The translations under genes were made by a program, and so were the position numbers. Below, piece after piece: positions 1 to 12,597 of a DNA stretch of 64,000 nucleotides. The DNA lies in NCBI GenBank assembly GCA_024704765.1, contig JAKMXF010000044.1:248001-312000 (forward strand), written 5' to 3'. The notes under the pieces are model-generated. The model was not told where the DNA came from. It did not search any database and saw only the letters and a program-made list of their open reading frames with translations. This DNA is from Oopsacas minuta. Taxonomy: Eukaryota > Animalia > Porifera. Within the stretch, counting starts at the first letter, position 1; each line of letters starts with the position of its first letter.

Positions 1-248
1 TGTTTTTATCACATATCTTCAGAAATATATGTTTTTGAGCAGAGGTATATATTTATGACATATAGGGATATGATAGCGAATTATGCATTTCTATTGTGAA
101 ATATGATTTCTCAACATGTGGTTCCGCAGAGTTTTTTTTTAGAACCAAAAATGCTACTTTCAAACTATGATTCAAACATCTTCTCAGTGTTTTTAATGCT
201 TGACAGTTCTATATAATGACAAAGCCAAATTGTATACCTGAATACAAT

Positions 249-681
249 AGTTGATATGAATGGAATGTGAACACATTCTTGTGTTACCAGGGGAACCTGT
301 ATTCATTTGTTTAAGCTATAACTCAAAAACTATGAGTGCTATGGCTCTGAAATGTATACCAGTAGTTCTGTAATAGTCAATTTCCTATTCACTAATAATA
401 TAGTCCCTCTGCTTTTTGTTCATACTTTGTGAGATATTTTGACAATTTCAATATAGATGGTAGATAGACTGTCATATAATATATAAGAAATGTCAAAATA
501 TCTCAAGTATCAACTGAAATCAAAGAAATATATTATTAGTGAATAGGAAGTTGGCTATTACGGAACTGTTGGTGTAAAGTTGAGAGCCATAGCATCCATT
601 GTTTTGAGTTATAAATTCAGAAAATAACAACACGTTCCCTTAGCAACAAAGGAATGTGTTCACATTCCTTTCATATCAACT
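249..681. mobile_element. Foldback-type MITE (whole element is an imperfect palindrome)
   Basis: AGTTGATATGAA(T/A)GGAATGTGAACACATTC at 249 is mirrored by its reverse complement ending at 681. Inner blocks also pair (TTCCTATTCACTAATAATAT ~383 vs ~530-550; GAGATATTTTGACA ~430 vs ~495). No clear TSD. Confidence 0.7.
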
Positions 682-1217
682 TTTGTTTCTAAGTATACTA
701 TTCGCCTCTGTCATTAAATAATACTGCCAAGCGCTAAAACATTGACAAGATTGTTCAAAAATAGGTTGAAAAGCACTCTTATTTGTACTTTACAGGTATG
801 AAATAAGTATAATTCTTGAAAACTCGCATGAAGGTTTGTATGAATATAGAAACCCTTGACCAGTATTTGGGGGAGCGACAGAAATTTAGTGAGCACGCGC
901 CCAGGGTCAGTACTCACTAAATTTTGTCTCCTGCCCACACTGTCGATGCTACTGCGTGTAGGTATGAGGCGCAAGGAGGGAGGGGTGACGTTTCGGTTTA
1001 GGGCCGGCATGTCCTCCTCAATCTGAATCTACATCTTAGACAGCAGTTAGTCCAACTTCTCTAGGGATTTCCCAAGCATTCGCCTCACTTGGATTGCCCT
1101 CTACAACATCTCAAGAACAAGATTCTCTTCGAGTTGATAAATGCATGGGACGCCCTCGAAGCATTGTTCTATGGAAATAATACATACAACTTGTACATCT
1201 CCTACGATGTGGAATAA

Positions 1218-1440
1218 CCGAGCAGGTCTCCACGTAAATTTAAGATTTCAACTAATTTTTTACTGTAATAGTCATAAACACAACAAATAAATTTACATAT
1301 GAGAAATTTGAAATTGCCAAAATCAGTTTCAGCCTACTTTGTTACCCCATGGCAGCTGATAATAGCAGGTCTCTACGTATATTTACGATTTCAACTATTA
1401 TTTACTTCATATTCATGAAGATATTAATAAATTTGCATAT
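1218..1440. repeat. Imperfect ~80-bp direct repeat (2 copies)
   Basis: AGCAGGTCTC(C/T)ACGTA(A/T)ATTTA(A/C)GATTTCAACTA...AATAAATTT(A/G)CATAT occurs at ~1221 and ~1365. Confidence 0.6.
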
Positions 1441-1461
1441 ACCTCTAATATAATAATGAAG

Positions 1462-1619
1462 CAGGTCCGTAGCCACTGGTCAGGTTTTAACCTGATCACT
1501 TTTGGTTATTAAATTTCCCAAATATGGCAATCACTCAATCAGGTTGGTTAGTTTAACCTCACCAATCAGTCAGGTTGGTGAAGTCAACCTCGCTCTTATA
1601 TTTTGGTGCTTACGGCCTG
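1462..1619. mobile_element. Short hAT-like MITE
   Basis: Ends CAGGTCCGTAGCCAC / GGTGCTTACGGCCTG. Internal GGTCAGGTT/CAGGTTGGT motifs are shared with the copy at 4436-4536. No clean TSD. Confidence 0.65.
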
Positions 1620-2658
1620 AGAAGTGTAACTTACCAACAAAGCGGCCATTTCTAATTTCTAAAATCTAGACAATTCTATCCAAAAAAACTGATCTAAATA
1701 ATTTTTGGGAGGCTGCTGGACCTATTAGGGGAGCATATTACCACCCGACCACCCCCAGTAGAAATCTTCGAATTAGTTATGAATGCACGGTAATAGTAGC
1801 GGGTGCGCCAGGTACTTTTAAATACCTCAAATTTTTCAGTATTGAGTTAAGATATTTTGATATGTTTTCTATTTTAGAAATTTCGAGTCTATGAAACTTA
1901 TCATATCAATTTTACGATATATCGTATCCCATCGGAGATTTTTAACCGATATCCATATTTTCCAAACCCTTGGTAATTTTGTTGTTTGTTTACTTATGTT
2001 GCCTACTCATTGGTTTGTATTCACTAATTCGACTATTTTATGTTGGAGGGTGATAGCCTCTGGCTTCGAGTTCATTCAATGATGATATACCTGATGATTC
2101 TTCTGATGAAACATTATTAACCTTTTCACAATGAACAAATGAAGTAACCAAATTGATTATGACAAACCAAATAAAACAACCAATGAATGAAGTGGAGAAA
2201 TCTACTACTTTTCCCACTTTATTCATTGGTTAAATTACTCCCTAGTGATGAGTAATTTGACCAATTTTAATGATGTGCCTGTACCCTTTGTAAATGCATT
2301 CATGTATTATAATTCAGACAAGAGTGGTATATCACAACTATCCAGGCATTCTGAAGATAGTATTTCTAGTTCAGATAATCCTAATACGCTTCAGTTAATG
2401 TTAACATCTACCTATTCTAAAACAGAGCATGTATCTTGATTGTGTCGTAGCAATTTACTGACCTCTGTGCGAATGGACTGAGAGAGATTTGAGGACTTTA
2501 ATGATGCTGATAATAGAATACATAAGGTTTAATCAGATTGGACGGTCACTCATTGACAGAGGAGCCAGGCGCAGTATTAACTAAGGGATTAAGTACTAAG
2601 TTATAAACTACAGCCGTATTCAATAGTACTTAAGTTCAAACTTAACAAGGTTTGACCT

Positions 2659-3039
2659 CAGGGCCGTGCGAGCCTAATTTTACCTGGCCAGGTCAAACCT
2701 AATTAGAGTAACATCAGGGCTCCCAATAAATCGCGATATTCTTTGACTAATTAAGATATACTGAGCAAAATTTCTATTATTAAGGAACAGTAATTTTGAA
2801 AAGTTTTATAATATTTAATTCCAAACCGTATATATATTTATTAGAACAAAGAAGCCATATGGATCCACGAATATTCTTATCGATTTAATTACATGCGCGT
2901 ATATAAGTATAGTTACCAACTATCTAGAATTTGTATTTAGCCACTATTTTCAGTGTCCAGGCTGTGACTTTGTCAAACGTGGTCTGGAAATATATTCCCA
3001 AGTTTCACCTGGTCATATTACAGTACTGGCACGGCCCCG
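2659..3039. mobile_element. MITE with 11-bp TIR
   Basis: CAGGGCCGTGC ... GCACGGCCCCG (1 mismatch), flanked on both sides by GACCT. Confidence 0.6.
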
Positions 3040-3759
3040 GACCTTAAGTACAAACCTTTACTATGATGATTGATAAAACATTTATTATAGACAAGATTTG
3101 GTTGAATATAGGCAACTATCATTAAATAGCAGCACTGTCTCAGAACCAACTCATCTTAGAACTTATATATTTAACTAGTTATCAATCCTTCATACTGTTG
3201 GAGAATATATTGTGACCCAGCATTGAAAAAATAATTTCCGATATTTTACATTATGTAATATAAAATATTGATTATAATTTGGAATTTATGTAACTGCAGT
3301 GAGCTGTGAGAATGTCTATGCGTATTATTTGTATTTATTGACTCCTTGATATATTCATTTGTATATTCAATGTAAATTATAGCTTTGTATGAAATGAAAT
3401 AAATATATGGTAGTTCTAGATGCCTTCCACAAATTTTCTGATCATTGAAGAGAAATATACGTGTAAAGAATAACTTATTAGTGTCTTGCTGTGTGATTTA
3501 TATGATTATAAACCAAGGCCGTAGCTAACCATTAGAAGAATATCTTTAGATAGCAATACATTCGTAATAAGCAACCCAGGTAGGTTAGTTAAATTTCGTA
3601 CTATATTTCGAACTTAACTTCTTATTGAATTTTGCTACAGAAGAGGTCACATCGAATTTTCCCGGTTTGTACCATGACCAAATGCTGTGAAGAATTATGG
3701 AGAAACTTTCTCAAATTGAAGGTCAAAGTATATTAAGTCCCTCAATAATACTTGCATTG

Positions 3760-3995
3760 ATACATTCATTTATTACTTTAGATTATTGGACATGTAAAGA
3801 GACCAGTGATAGTACATTCCAGATGCAATACTACTCCCAATGACTCATTAGGGTAAATTGTTTTAGGAACTCGAGAATTTAAAGAGATAACAACACTCAA
3901 CAGTGGATCACTAACATTATGTACGATTATAAAATAGATGAGGACTAAACAAACTTGATTTTTGTGACAGATAATGGAGCCAACCTTGCAGAGGG
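3760..3995 (+). pseudogene. hAT (Ac/Tol2-like) transposase fragment
   Basis: Frame-broken translation gives ITLDYWTCKE ... IVLGTREF ... LIFVTDNGANLAEG, matching the hAT T.D.WT and VTDNGAN motifs. Confidence 0.6.
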
Positions 3996-4287
3996 ATTTA
4001 AAATAAATCAAGGGACGAATTGAGAATACTTGTTGACTCTAGCAATAACTTATTGCTCACTTTAACGGGAAGGTCTGCAGGAGAAATTGGATGGAATTTC
4101 GTTAACACATACTATAAATGGACATGTATTCCTGTGATGTTTGCGATGAATGTTTCGACTGGTGCACGAAATGTGTATTCTTTTCTCCCATTCAAAAGCT
4201 GGTGTTTAAAATTCTTACTGGTCCTGTTTCATATGCGACTTCGACGAGTATTTGGTATTTCAGGACGCATCCTTGAAGTAAAGAGAC

Positions 4288-4779
4288 TAGGGCTGGTGTT
4301 GGTTAACCGAATTAAGTGGGTGGTTAAAACCGTTTCGAAAATACCCGTTAACCGCTGCAATGTTTCCTAAATCAAAACAACGAAGTTTGGTGGACTAAAT
4401 TTGAAAATATCAATAAATATCATTACATATTCAAACAGAGTCGTAGCCACTGGTCAGGTTCGTCAAGTTACCCTGACCACTCAGTTAGGTTGGTTAGATA
4501 AACTTGACCACTTTTATTTTGGTGGCTACGGTCCTGTATTGGATTCTTGATGCGATTGTAACTTTCGAAATTATTGAAATGTATGAATATGACCTAAAAT
4601 ATAATTTCTTATGAATACATAACTAGCGGAATTCGTGTACAAATAATTTCGTACCTCTCAAAACCTTAGTTACGCTGAATATATTAGTAAAATGACTCTA
4701 TTCGGCTAACCAAGTATATTTTCTCATAGCAGTTATCTAAACGTTGCGGCGGTTAACCGACTAACCGAATCCAGGCCTG
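4288..4779. mobile_element. hAT-like MITE carrying a nested MITE
   Basis: Left end TAGGGCTGGTGTTGGTTAACCGA; right end CGGTTAACCGACTAACCGAATCCAGGCCTG. GGTTAACCG subterminal repeats occur at both ends. Confidence 0.5.
4436..4536. mobile_element. Short MITE, same family as 1462-1619
   Basis: CAGAGTCGTAGCCACTGGTCAGGTT ... GGTGGCTACGGTCCTG. Confidence 0.65.
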
Positions 4780-6204
4780 AGGAGCGGTTCTGTAGATCTG
4801 TCTATAGTTGAAAATATTCTAGTTTTAAGATGATATTTGAAGAAAAATGAAATATAACACGTTCATATACCCATCACTAACCGATCGGCATCTGATCAAG
4901 AGAAATTAGTAGCATGATCACTACACGTGACCACTTCTTTATTACAACATTTCTCTAATATGAATCCGTATTTCTCATAGCTGGGTCGGGTTGGGTGGAT
5001 ACTAAATTTGATTATAGGTAACATATTATAAGGTAGTTGAGCCTGGGTAGTATGACCTGCGCTCGGGGTGAAATAATCAGGCCGTTGCGATCTCTAGCGT
5101 ACACTAAAAAAATCCCATTGGAAATATACTTATACTAGATATGGTAATATGCAATAATGTATTCATATTGTATGAGATATTATAATTTTGAGCTTAGAAT
5201 TGTATCTACCTATTTTAAGTAACTATTGAAGAAGCTTTCAAAACAATTCCATAATGATTCTATGCAAATTATCAACCTAAGAGATAGCTATTAGAGTTCA
5301 ACAGTTATGCATTGGACATTTCTAATGTGTGGAATAGAAATATGCAATCAATATTGCAGCCGAATTCATTACTGTAATTATATCACCTAGTTTGGCAAAA
5401 TTTTAGTGTTTCATTTTGTTACTGACGTCACACTTTGGCAGTAATTAGTTATACTCACAATGTAGTATCAGAAGATTTCACTAATGTGAGACAGCGTTGG
5501 TTAACTTAGTAGATGTTCTCACACTTCACATGGATCAAGGGTATTAAGCGATATTATTTCCCTTGATCTAAGCATAGCAAGATATCAAGAAAATTAGCAT
5601 TATTTCAAAGAATATGATATTTCCTACCATTCGATGAAGGAAATCTTCAACAGAGAACTATTGGATTGATGGCTGATGCGGAGCTATGTGAGGGTACTAT
5701 CCGGCGCGTAACTCTAGATAAATAAAGTATAATATGTAATTTTATTCAATAAATATACAAATTTTAACCCTCATGCAGTCGCATAATATCTTTGCTAACA
5801 TTTGTTTGCATCTACTTCTTAAAATTCTAATATGATACTATTGTTAAATTTGTTGATCAATCAAAAAGGGGAATTAACTATGATTAATGAAAATAACTAC
5901 TTGTTTAGAATCAGTATATGCTTTTTCATATTCATGTAATCTGTACATTATCTAACTGGTTCTTGTAAAATCTACTAAAGATTAATCAGAATAGTAATAA
6001 TACCATCATTCAACACATATAAACACCGATAGAATCCAACAAAACAACTGTGTCATTGATGATTTCAGTTATAATTGATATCTTGTATAACTTTGTTTTG
6101 TATTACTACATTCTAACAAATTGATTTGGGAATATGCTACAAAATATCATTGGATAACAGGATTTGTTCTAAATTTCAACATAGAATATGTTCTATATCA
6201 TATA

Positions 6205-7525
6205 CAGGGTGTTAAGAAATTGATGCCCTAATTATATTTGAGTAACAGTTTGAAATCAGCGGTATTAGAAAGTGGTGATCACTTTCCAATATAACCGCCT
6301 TTACGTTTTATACATTCTTTAACTCTATTACACATCCCTAATACTAAATTCTCCAAAATTTCTGGAGATATCCTCGACTAAGCCAGCTTTACATGATTTT
6401 CCAGCATCAAAACGTTGGTTGGAGTAGGCATCATTTGAATATCATGTTTGACTATTGACCACAAATTTTCAATGGGATTGAGGTCCGAGAGTTACCTGGC
6501 CAAGTTTCCTTTGTCCAAAATTCGACTAAATTGTTATCACACCATTCTTGCGTTTTTTGGCAGTGTGGGCCGGAGCACCATTCTGTTGAAAGATGGCTCG
6601 TGACATGTCTGGCAACATCTTGCGACGTAAAATACTCGCTTCTTCTGGTTGGCGCTGCATAGTAGACATCAATGACTTATTCAATATCTCTCACATAATA
6701 ATCCGCGTTAACAGTTTGACCTTTGGGGATAATACGGAGTTCTGATACTGCATGATATGACATCATACCCCAAACGAGGATTTTTGAGGGGAATTTCACG
6801 GTTTCAGTTGGTAAAACTTGAGACTGTTTGTAAGCCCAGACACGATCATTCTGATGGTTTAAGTGAGGATATAATTCGAAGGGAGACTCATCTGAGAACA
6901 GTACCCGGTGCCACTCTTCATTTTTCCAGGATTTCCGATCTTTACAAATTGGAGGCGAGCCATCCGCTGTTTTTGAGGTTTAAAGGGCTTGACAGAGAGT
7001 GTACTTCTTAAATATGTATGTACTGTTACATGAGACACTGGGCATCCCTTGGAGTGTAAGCGCTTAGCCAATCTCCGCGTTGATTGGTGTCTTTTGCAAA
7101 TCGATTTTGCAATGACAATTTTAGCAATTTTTGTGATTGTGGATTTGCGTCCACGTCCAGGCTTGTTTTCGAGGGAGCAACCTGACTTATTGCGGCTCAA
7201 CCAACGTCGACTTGTTCGAATTTTTATTCCTAAGCTCTGTGAAACTCGTATCTGAGTCATTCCACTCAATACCATTTCTACTGCCCTGCTTCTTGTGGCG
7301 GAAGTAGCTTCTTTGACCATTAGTATACGCTATAATTTGTACAATCGGGTTTGATAATATAAAAAATAGGAATTGGCATTCTGACTGAGAGTGATATACT
7401 AAAATTGTCTAAAACTGGTTGTCAGAATGAAATAAGAGTGGGTGTATTTCATAAGATTGAACACTGAAACTATGGTTACATTATTGTAGATTAAGTGATT
7501 AGGGGATCAATTTCTTAACACCCTG
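6205..7525 (-). mobile_element. Tc1-like transposon, decayed, DD37E-like
   Basis: 28-bp TIRs CAGGGTGTTAAGAAATTGAT(G/C)CCCTAAT with TA on both flanks. ORF 6859-7320 is the HTH part. Downstream frames give FQQNGAPAH ... WPGNS(P)DLNPIENLW, with 37 residues between the second D position (here N) and E after restoring two 1-nt frameshifts. Confidence 0.9.
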
Positions 7526-7955
7526 TATTCCTCGAATTCCGTATTTACTTACCATAAATATCATATCATCGAAATTTACTAAAATCATGCTAAACTGTGA
7601 CAAATTTTTCAAAAAATTGTATTTCGTGCTGCCACTGCTATTGTTAATCACCTGGGGTCCCGTAGACTCTGATTGAGAACTGCAGTTACAATATATTAAT
7701 TGATTGTCACTTGTAAGCCGTCTCGGATATGTAGAAATGTTAACCCAATAAAACCCAAATATCAAATGTTTCTAAGGTATACGTTCACTGATAGCTCAGG
7801 GGCGTATTTGAAGGGAACCCCCAGTCGGTCGCCACTGAACCTCACCGGAGGAAAAAAGAAAAGGGTATTTATTCTCCATCTTATTTGTTGTTGTTGTTAA
7901 AAGATATGATTATATTCAATTTTTTGATATAGTGATTTTACGTAATTAGTAGTAT

Positions 7956-9975
7956 TGTGCGTGAGATTGTAACTCTTTAGTATTATTGGACCAGGGACAG
8001 TCTTTCACTGTGAGATTGTAACTCATCTATATTCAACGTTTGTGAATTTGCAGGATATTCGACCAGGATCATTTCAATCACTAATTTTTCCTACTTGTAC
8101 TCATCAGATTCACCCGAAATTAATATCATTCGGTAGAGGAGTGTTGGACGTTTTGTAAAATATAATTTTCTTAAATATTTTTTAACTAATACCTATTTGT
8201 TCATATCATAACGTGTAGGGTCGCTTCTTTATTAAAAACGACGACCCAAAAGTGAGAATTCAATTCTGAAATTTGTGTCTATATTTGTGACCCATGGACG
8301 TTTGTGTTAATTAATTTTCATCCCAAAATTCCCAAAACTCGAGGAGATACAAGTATTCAAATTTGAGGTCAGAGTTATATTGTAGGGAGTGAGTATCATT
8401 TTACAAAAAGTAGGGTCAGTTCAAATTGATATTTGATATCCCAAATCTAACTCAAACTATTATATTTTGATGACAATAGCTGAGACATGGACGTATACTA
8501 TTGTGTCGCTATAATCATGAAATTCTGAAAGATACAGTCACAATGGGGTTCTAAAAATGGCATAATTGTCGGTTTTTTATGTATTATCGAAATTTCAATT
8601 TAGACTCAAGTTGCACAAATAATTCATTCCTAGAATCGCCTGAAACTTTACAAGCTCCTTCTTTTATATTATATCATTCAATTTTCTTTAAAATAAACAG
8701 AGGTCGCTGGTACTTTTTTAATGAATATTAGAAAAAGAATATTTTGTGAAAATATTTTTTCCACTAACCATACTTCAGTATTTCTGAAATATTTTGTATA
8801 TTTTGTGGTTTCATTATTCGTTTGTTGTAGTAACATTAGAATGGGAACCAAGAGAAGAGTTAGAACATGTGTTGCTTTATGCGAAAATAACAATCATGCT
8901 CATTAGTCTTAAGAGATAGTCTAGTATTTGTATGATTCAATATGGATGAGGTAGATATATGATTATTTGTCAATATGTATATTTCATTGTGATGGATCAA
9001 ATAGAAATATACTTCGCAATTTGAGTATTTTTGGTTTCATTATTCGTTTGTTGTAGCAACATTAGAATGGGAACCAAGAGAAGAGTTAGAACATGTGTTG
9101 CTTTATGCGAAAATAACAATCATGCTCATTAGTCTTAAGAGATAGTCTAGTATTTGTATGGTCAGTGGAAAAAATATTTTCACAAAATATTCTTTTTCTA
9201 ATATTCATTAAAAAAGTACCAGCGACCTCTGTTTATTTTAAAGAAAATTGAATGATATAATATAAAAGAAGGAGCTTGTAAAGTTTCAGGCGATTCTAGG
9301 AATGAATTATTTGTGCAACTTGAGTCTAAATTGAAATTTCGATAATACATAAAAAACCGACAATTATGCCATTTTTAGAGCCCCATTGTGACTGTATCTT
9401 TCAGAATTTCATGATTATAGCGACATAATAGTATACGTCCATGTCTCAGCTATTGTCATCAAAATATAATAGTTTGAGTTAGATTTGGGATATCAAATAT
9501 CAATTTGAACTGACCCTACTTTTTGTAAAATGATACTCACTCCCTACAATATAACTCTGACCTCAAATTTGAATACTTGTATCTCCTCGAGTTTTGGGAA
9601 TTTTGGGATGAAAATTAATTAACACAAACGTCCATGGGTCACAAATATAGACACAAAATTTCAGAATTGAATTCTCACTTTTGGGTCGTCGTTTTTAATA
9701 AAGAAGCGACCCTACACGTTATGATATAAACAAATAGGTATTAGTTAAAAAATATTTAAGAAAATTATATTTTACAAAACGTCCAACACTCCTCTACCGA
9801 ATGATATTAATTTCGGGTGAATCTGATGAGTACAAGTAGGAAAAATTAGTGATTGAAATGATCCTGGTCGAATATCCTGCAAATTCACAAACGTTGAATA
9901 TAGATGAGTTACAATCTCACAGTGAAAGACTGTCCCTGGTCCAATAATACTAAAGAGTTACAATCTCACGCAACA
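7956..9975. mobile_element. Non-autonomous foldback element, TGT...ACA termini, ~817-bp TIRs (Ginger-type ends inferred)
   Basis: Arms 7956-8773 and 9156-9975 are reverse complements with about five differences seen by eye. Flanks are GTAT/GAAT. Removing the element plus one 4-mer restores exact colinearity with the empty site in hAT copy B (~19280-19305). Confidence 0.85.
8806..9160. repeat. 129-bp direct repeat in the foldback spacer
   Basis: 8806-8934 and 9032-9160 are identical except GTAGTAAC/GTAGCAAC. Confidence 0.9.
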
Positions 9976-10015
9976 GAATATATAATATCTAATTAGTAGT
10001 AGAAAATATATCAAC

Positions 10016-12597
10016 ATGTCAACAAAAAGACACGCCAGTGACAGACATAAAGTGAAATGTAATGAATGCGACACTATTATGGACAATGATAATAAAAATC
10101 GTCACATCCAAAACTGTCATGCGCTCTTGCAAAATGCAGGACAAAAATATCGTATTTCGCTGGTTGTCTCAGAAAATCAAAACAAAATTATGAAGTTTTC
10201 GATACTGCTTTAAATACAGTACCTGTTTCATCTAACACAAATTTGTACCAGTGACAATGTCTCCGAAGATTCATCTCTTATCCTTACCGAGTGCTTTTCA
10301 AATCCTTTGATTTCAGAGCCTGTCCCTATTGATGATCCGGAAATATCAGTGAATAGGAATTCATTCGAATTGGAGACAAATGAATCAAGTGATACTACAG
10401 ATAAGGACAATGCTATCATGAGGAATATTATTCTTAAGAAGTGGTTGACTCTATACTTAAAGAGTTTTCCTCACGGATTCTTGAATCTATTACACTTCAA
10501 CACCATCTTCAGAATTTGCCTAATAAATTAATTTATGGTCGAAATAGAAGCAATCAAACAAAATGGTACAAAGAATTCTCTTGGATTTCATACATTCAAA
10601 ATGACGATACAGCAACATGTTTTCCTTGCAAAAAGTTTGGATCAAAGACTCAAAAGCCTTTCGTCTTCAAAAATTGGTCAAAGCCCAAAAGACTAAAAAA
10701 ACATGCAAAAAGTATTGCACATCAAAATCACATGATTGCATGGATAAGATCTAAATCAAATAATTTAAGAAAAGTTCAATTTTGTCACAAGTTCGAAAGC
10801 AAAGGGAAGATTAAGTAAAGCTCAACCGTATGTATCTTTCAAAGGTGATGGAAACTCTTGCTTGTTTGGCAAAACAAAATATTGCCATAAGAGGACATAA
10901 GGGAGATCTAAAGACTATCTGTGAGACATCAAATTCAAATCGGGGTAATTTCCTTGAGCTACTTCATCTCAGAGGCAAAGATCTACCATGGTTTAAAGAA
11001 AAGTTCGAAGAGTTGAATAATCGTCATAGAATGTGGCTTAGTCCCGAAATCCAAAATGGGATCTTGGATTTAATCGAAAGCAACGTAACTAAAATCATAT
11101 CAGATGAAGTCATAGAAAGCAGAATGTATTCAATAATTGGCTATGAAACCTTGGACATAAGTCGTGATGAGCAGTGCTCTCTTTATCTTCATTGTGCTTC
11201 AAAAGGGATGATGAAAGAGAAATTTATTGGCTTTTATCTAGCAAAATCGACAACTGCAAAAGCACTTTTTGAACTAGTTACAGAAGCATTAAAGGACTTA
11301 AATCTAGATCCAAGTTATATTGTTGGCCAAGGATATGATGGTGCTAGTAACATGAAAGGGAAAAGGGAGGATTACAAACTTTGATAAAATCACTTGCTCC
11401 TAAATCGATTTATGTCCATTGCTTTGGCCATTTATTAAATCTTGCTGTCCAAAAATCAGTTTCAAGAGTGATTCCAGTTAGAAATGCATTTGGATCTTTG
11501 CAAAATCTGCACGTTCATTGAGGCTAGTGCTAGACGACATCATAAGTTCCAAGATACTCAAAAGGTTGGTGGCGAGAAAGTGATCGTGCTTCAGTCACAA
11601 AGTAAAACTCGATGGGCCATGCGACATAAGTCAGCCTCTGCCATTAAGAAGTGTCTCGGCTCCACAATCATTTCTATCATGAAAATTCTTGCTATCGATT
11701 CTTCTACATCTGCAACATCAGCGGGCCTCTTAGTAAACATTTGTTATTGGGTATAAGCAGTGCATCATCAGTTTATTTGCAGTCAGAGACCATGGATGTA
11801 GTTCTTGCAAGAAAATCTGCGGAATTCACCATCACAAACCTGGAGAGTCTTGAAAATGAAAACTGCTTTCTAAAGTTTTGAATGAAACTGAGGCCATGGC
11901 AACTGAAGTGAGAAACATCATCAAAGACGAAAAAAATAGTTAACTTCAAAGAGTTGGAAGTTCCACGACGTCCCATCCCATTTTCGATTGCAATTGAAGC
12001 AGGACTTGCGATAACATCTGCAGTTGTATATGATCAACCACGATCATTTGCCAAAGAGACCATTTATCTTCCCATGGTCTATGGATTTAAACAGGAAATC
12101 CAATCCCGATTTTCAGATAATGATCAAGATATTTTGTGTGCACTTGCAGTTTTGATCATGCACTCAGAAAAACAGGATGTAAGGAAAGAAGCTAATCTCG
12201 TTGCTGATTTTATGAAATTGATTAAGATAGTCTTCTATCAAAGAGAAACGTCATAGTTGGGCTATTAAAAGATGAAGATTCTAGTGTTCTTTCGTCTGGC
12301 TACAAACTTTCTGAACAGATACATGAAAATCGAATTTCAGAATTTCCCACGTTCTCTTTATTGGCACAAATTCTTGCCTCTATTCCTGCCACGTCTTGTA
12401 GTGTCGAGCGCTCTTTTTCTACCCTACGTAGAATAAAAACATATCTACGTTCAACAATCGGTCAGGAGAGACTGTCAAATGTTGCTATTCTGAACATTGA
12501 ACGGAGTATTCCTGACTTTGTAATTGGAAATCATATGGATGACCTTATCAACTCATTTGCGCATCATTGTAACCGTGGAATTATGTTAATCCCTTAA
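10016..12597 (+). pseudogene. hAT transposase pseudogene (TTF zinc finger, DUF4371-like core, hAT dimerisation domain)
   Basis: Fragments: WYKEFSWISY..TATCFPCKKF..LKKHAKSIAH; IAIRGH..NRGNFLELL; YSIIGYETLDIS (DET>YET); GQGYDGASNM; ATSCSVERSFSTLRRIKTYLRSTIGQERLS. Split over about 7 ORFs. Confidence 0.92.

Noticed and set aside
714-1010. 98-aa ORF with a 15-bp stem-loop at ~882-924
   Set aside because: No recognisable motif; a short hairpin alone is uninformative.
2050-2560. Ser/Asp-rich coding-like stretch
   Set aside because: Multiple stops and no family recognised.
8678-8906. Short ORFs in the foldback, and other 60-100-aa ORFs in spacers
   Set aside because: Low-complexity AT-rich or antisense shadow ORFs without motifs.
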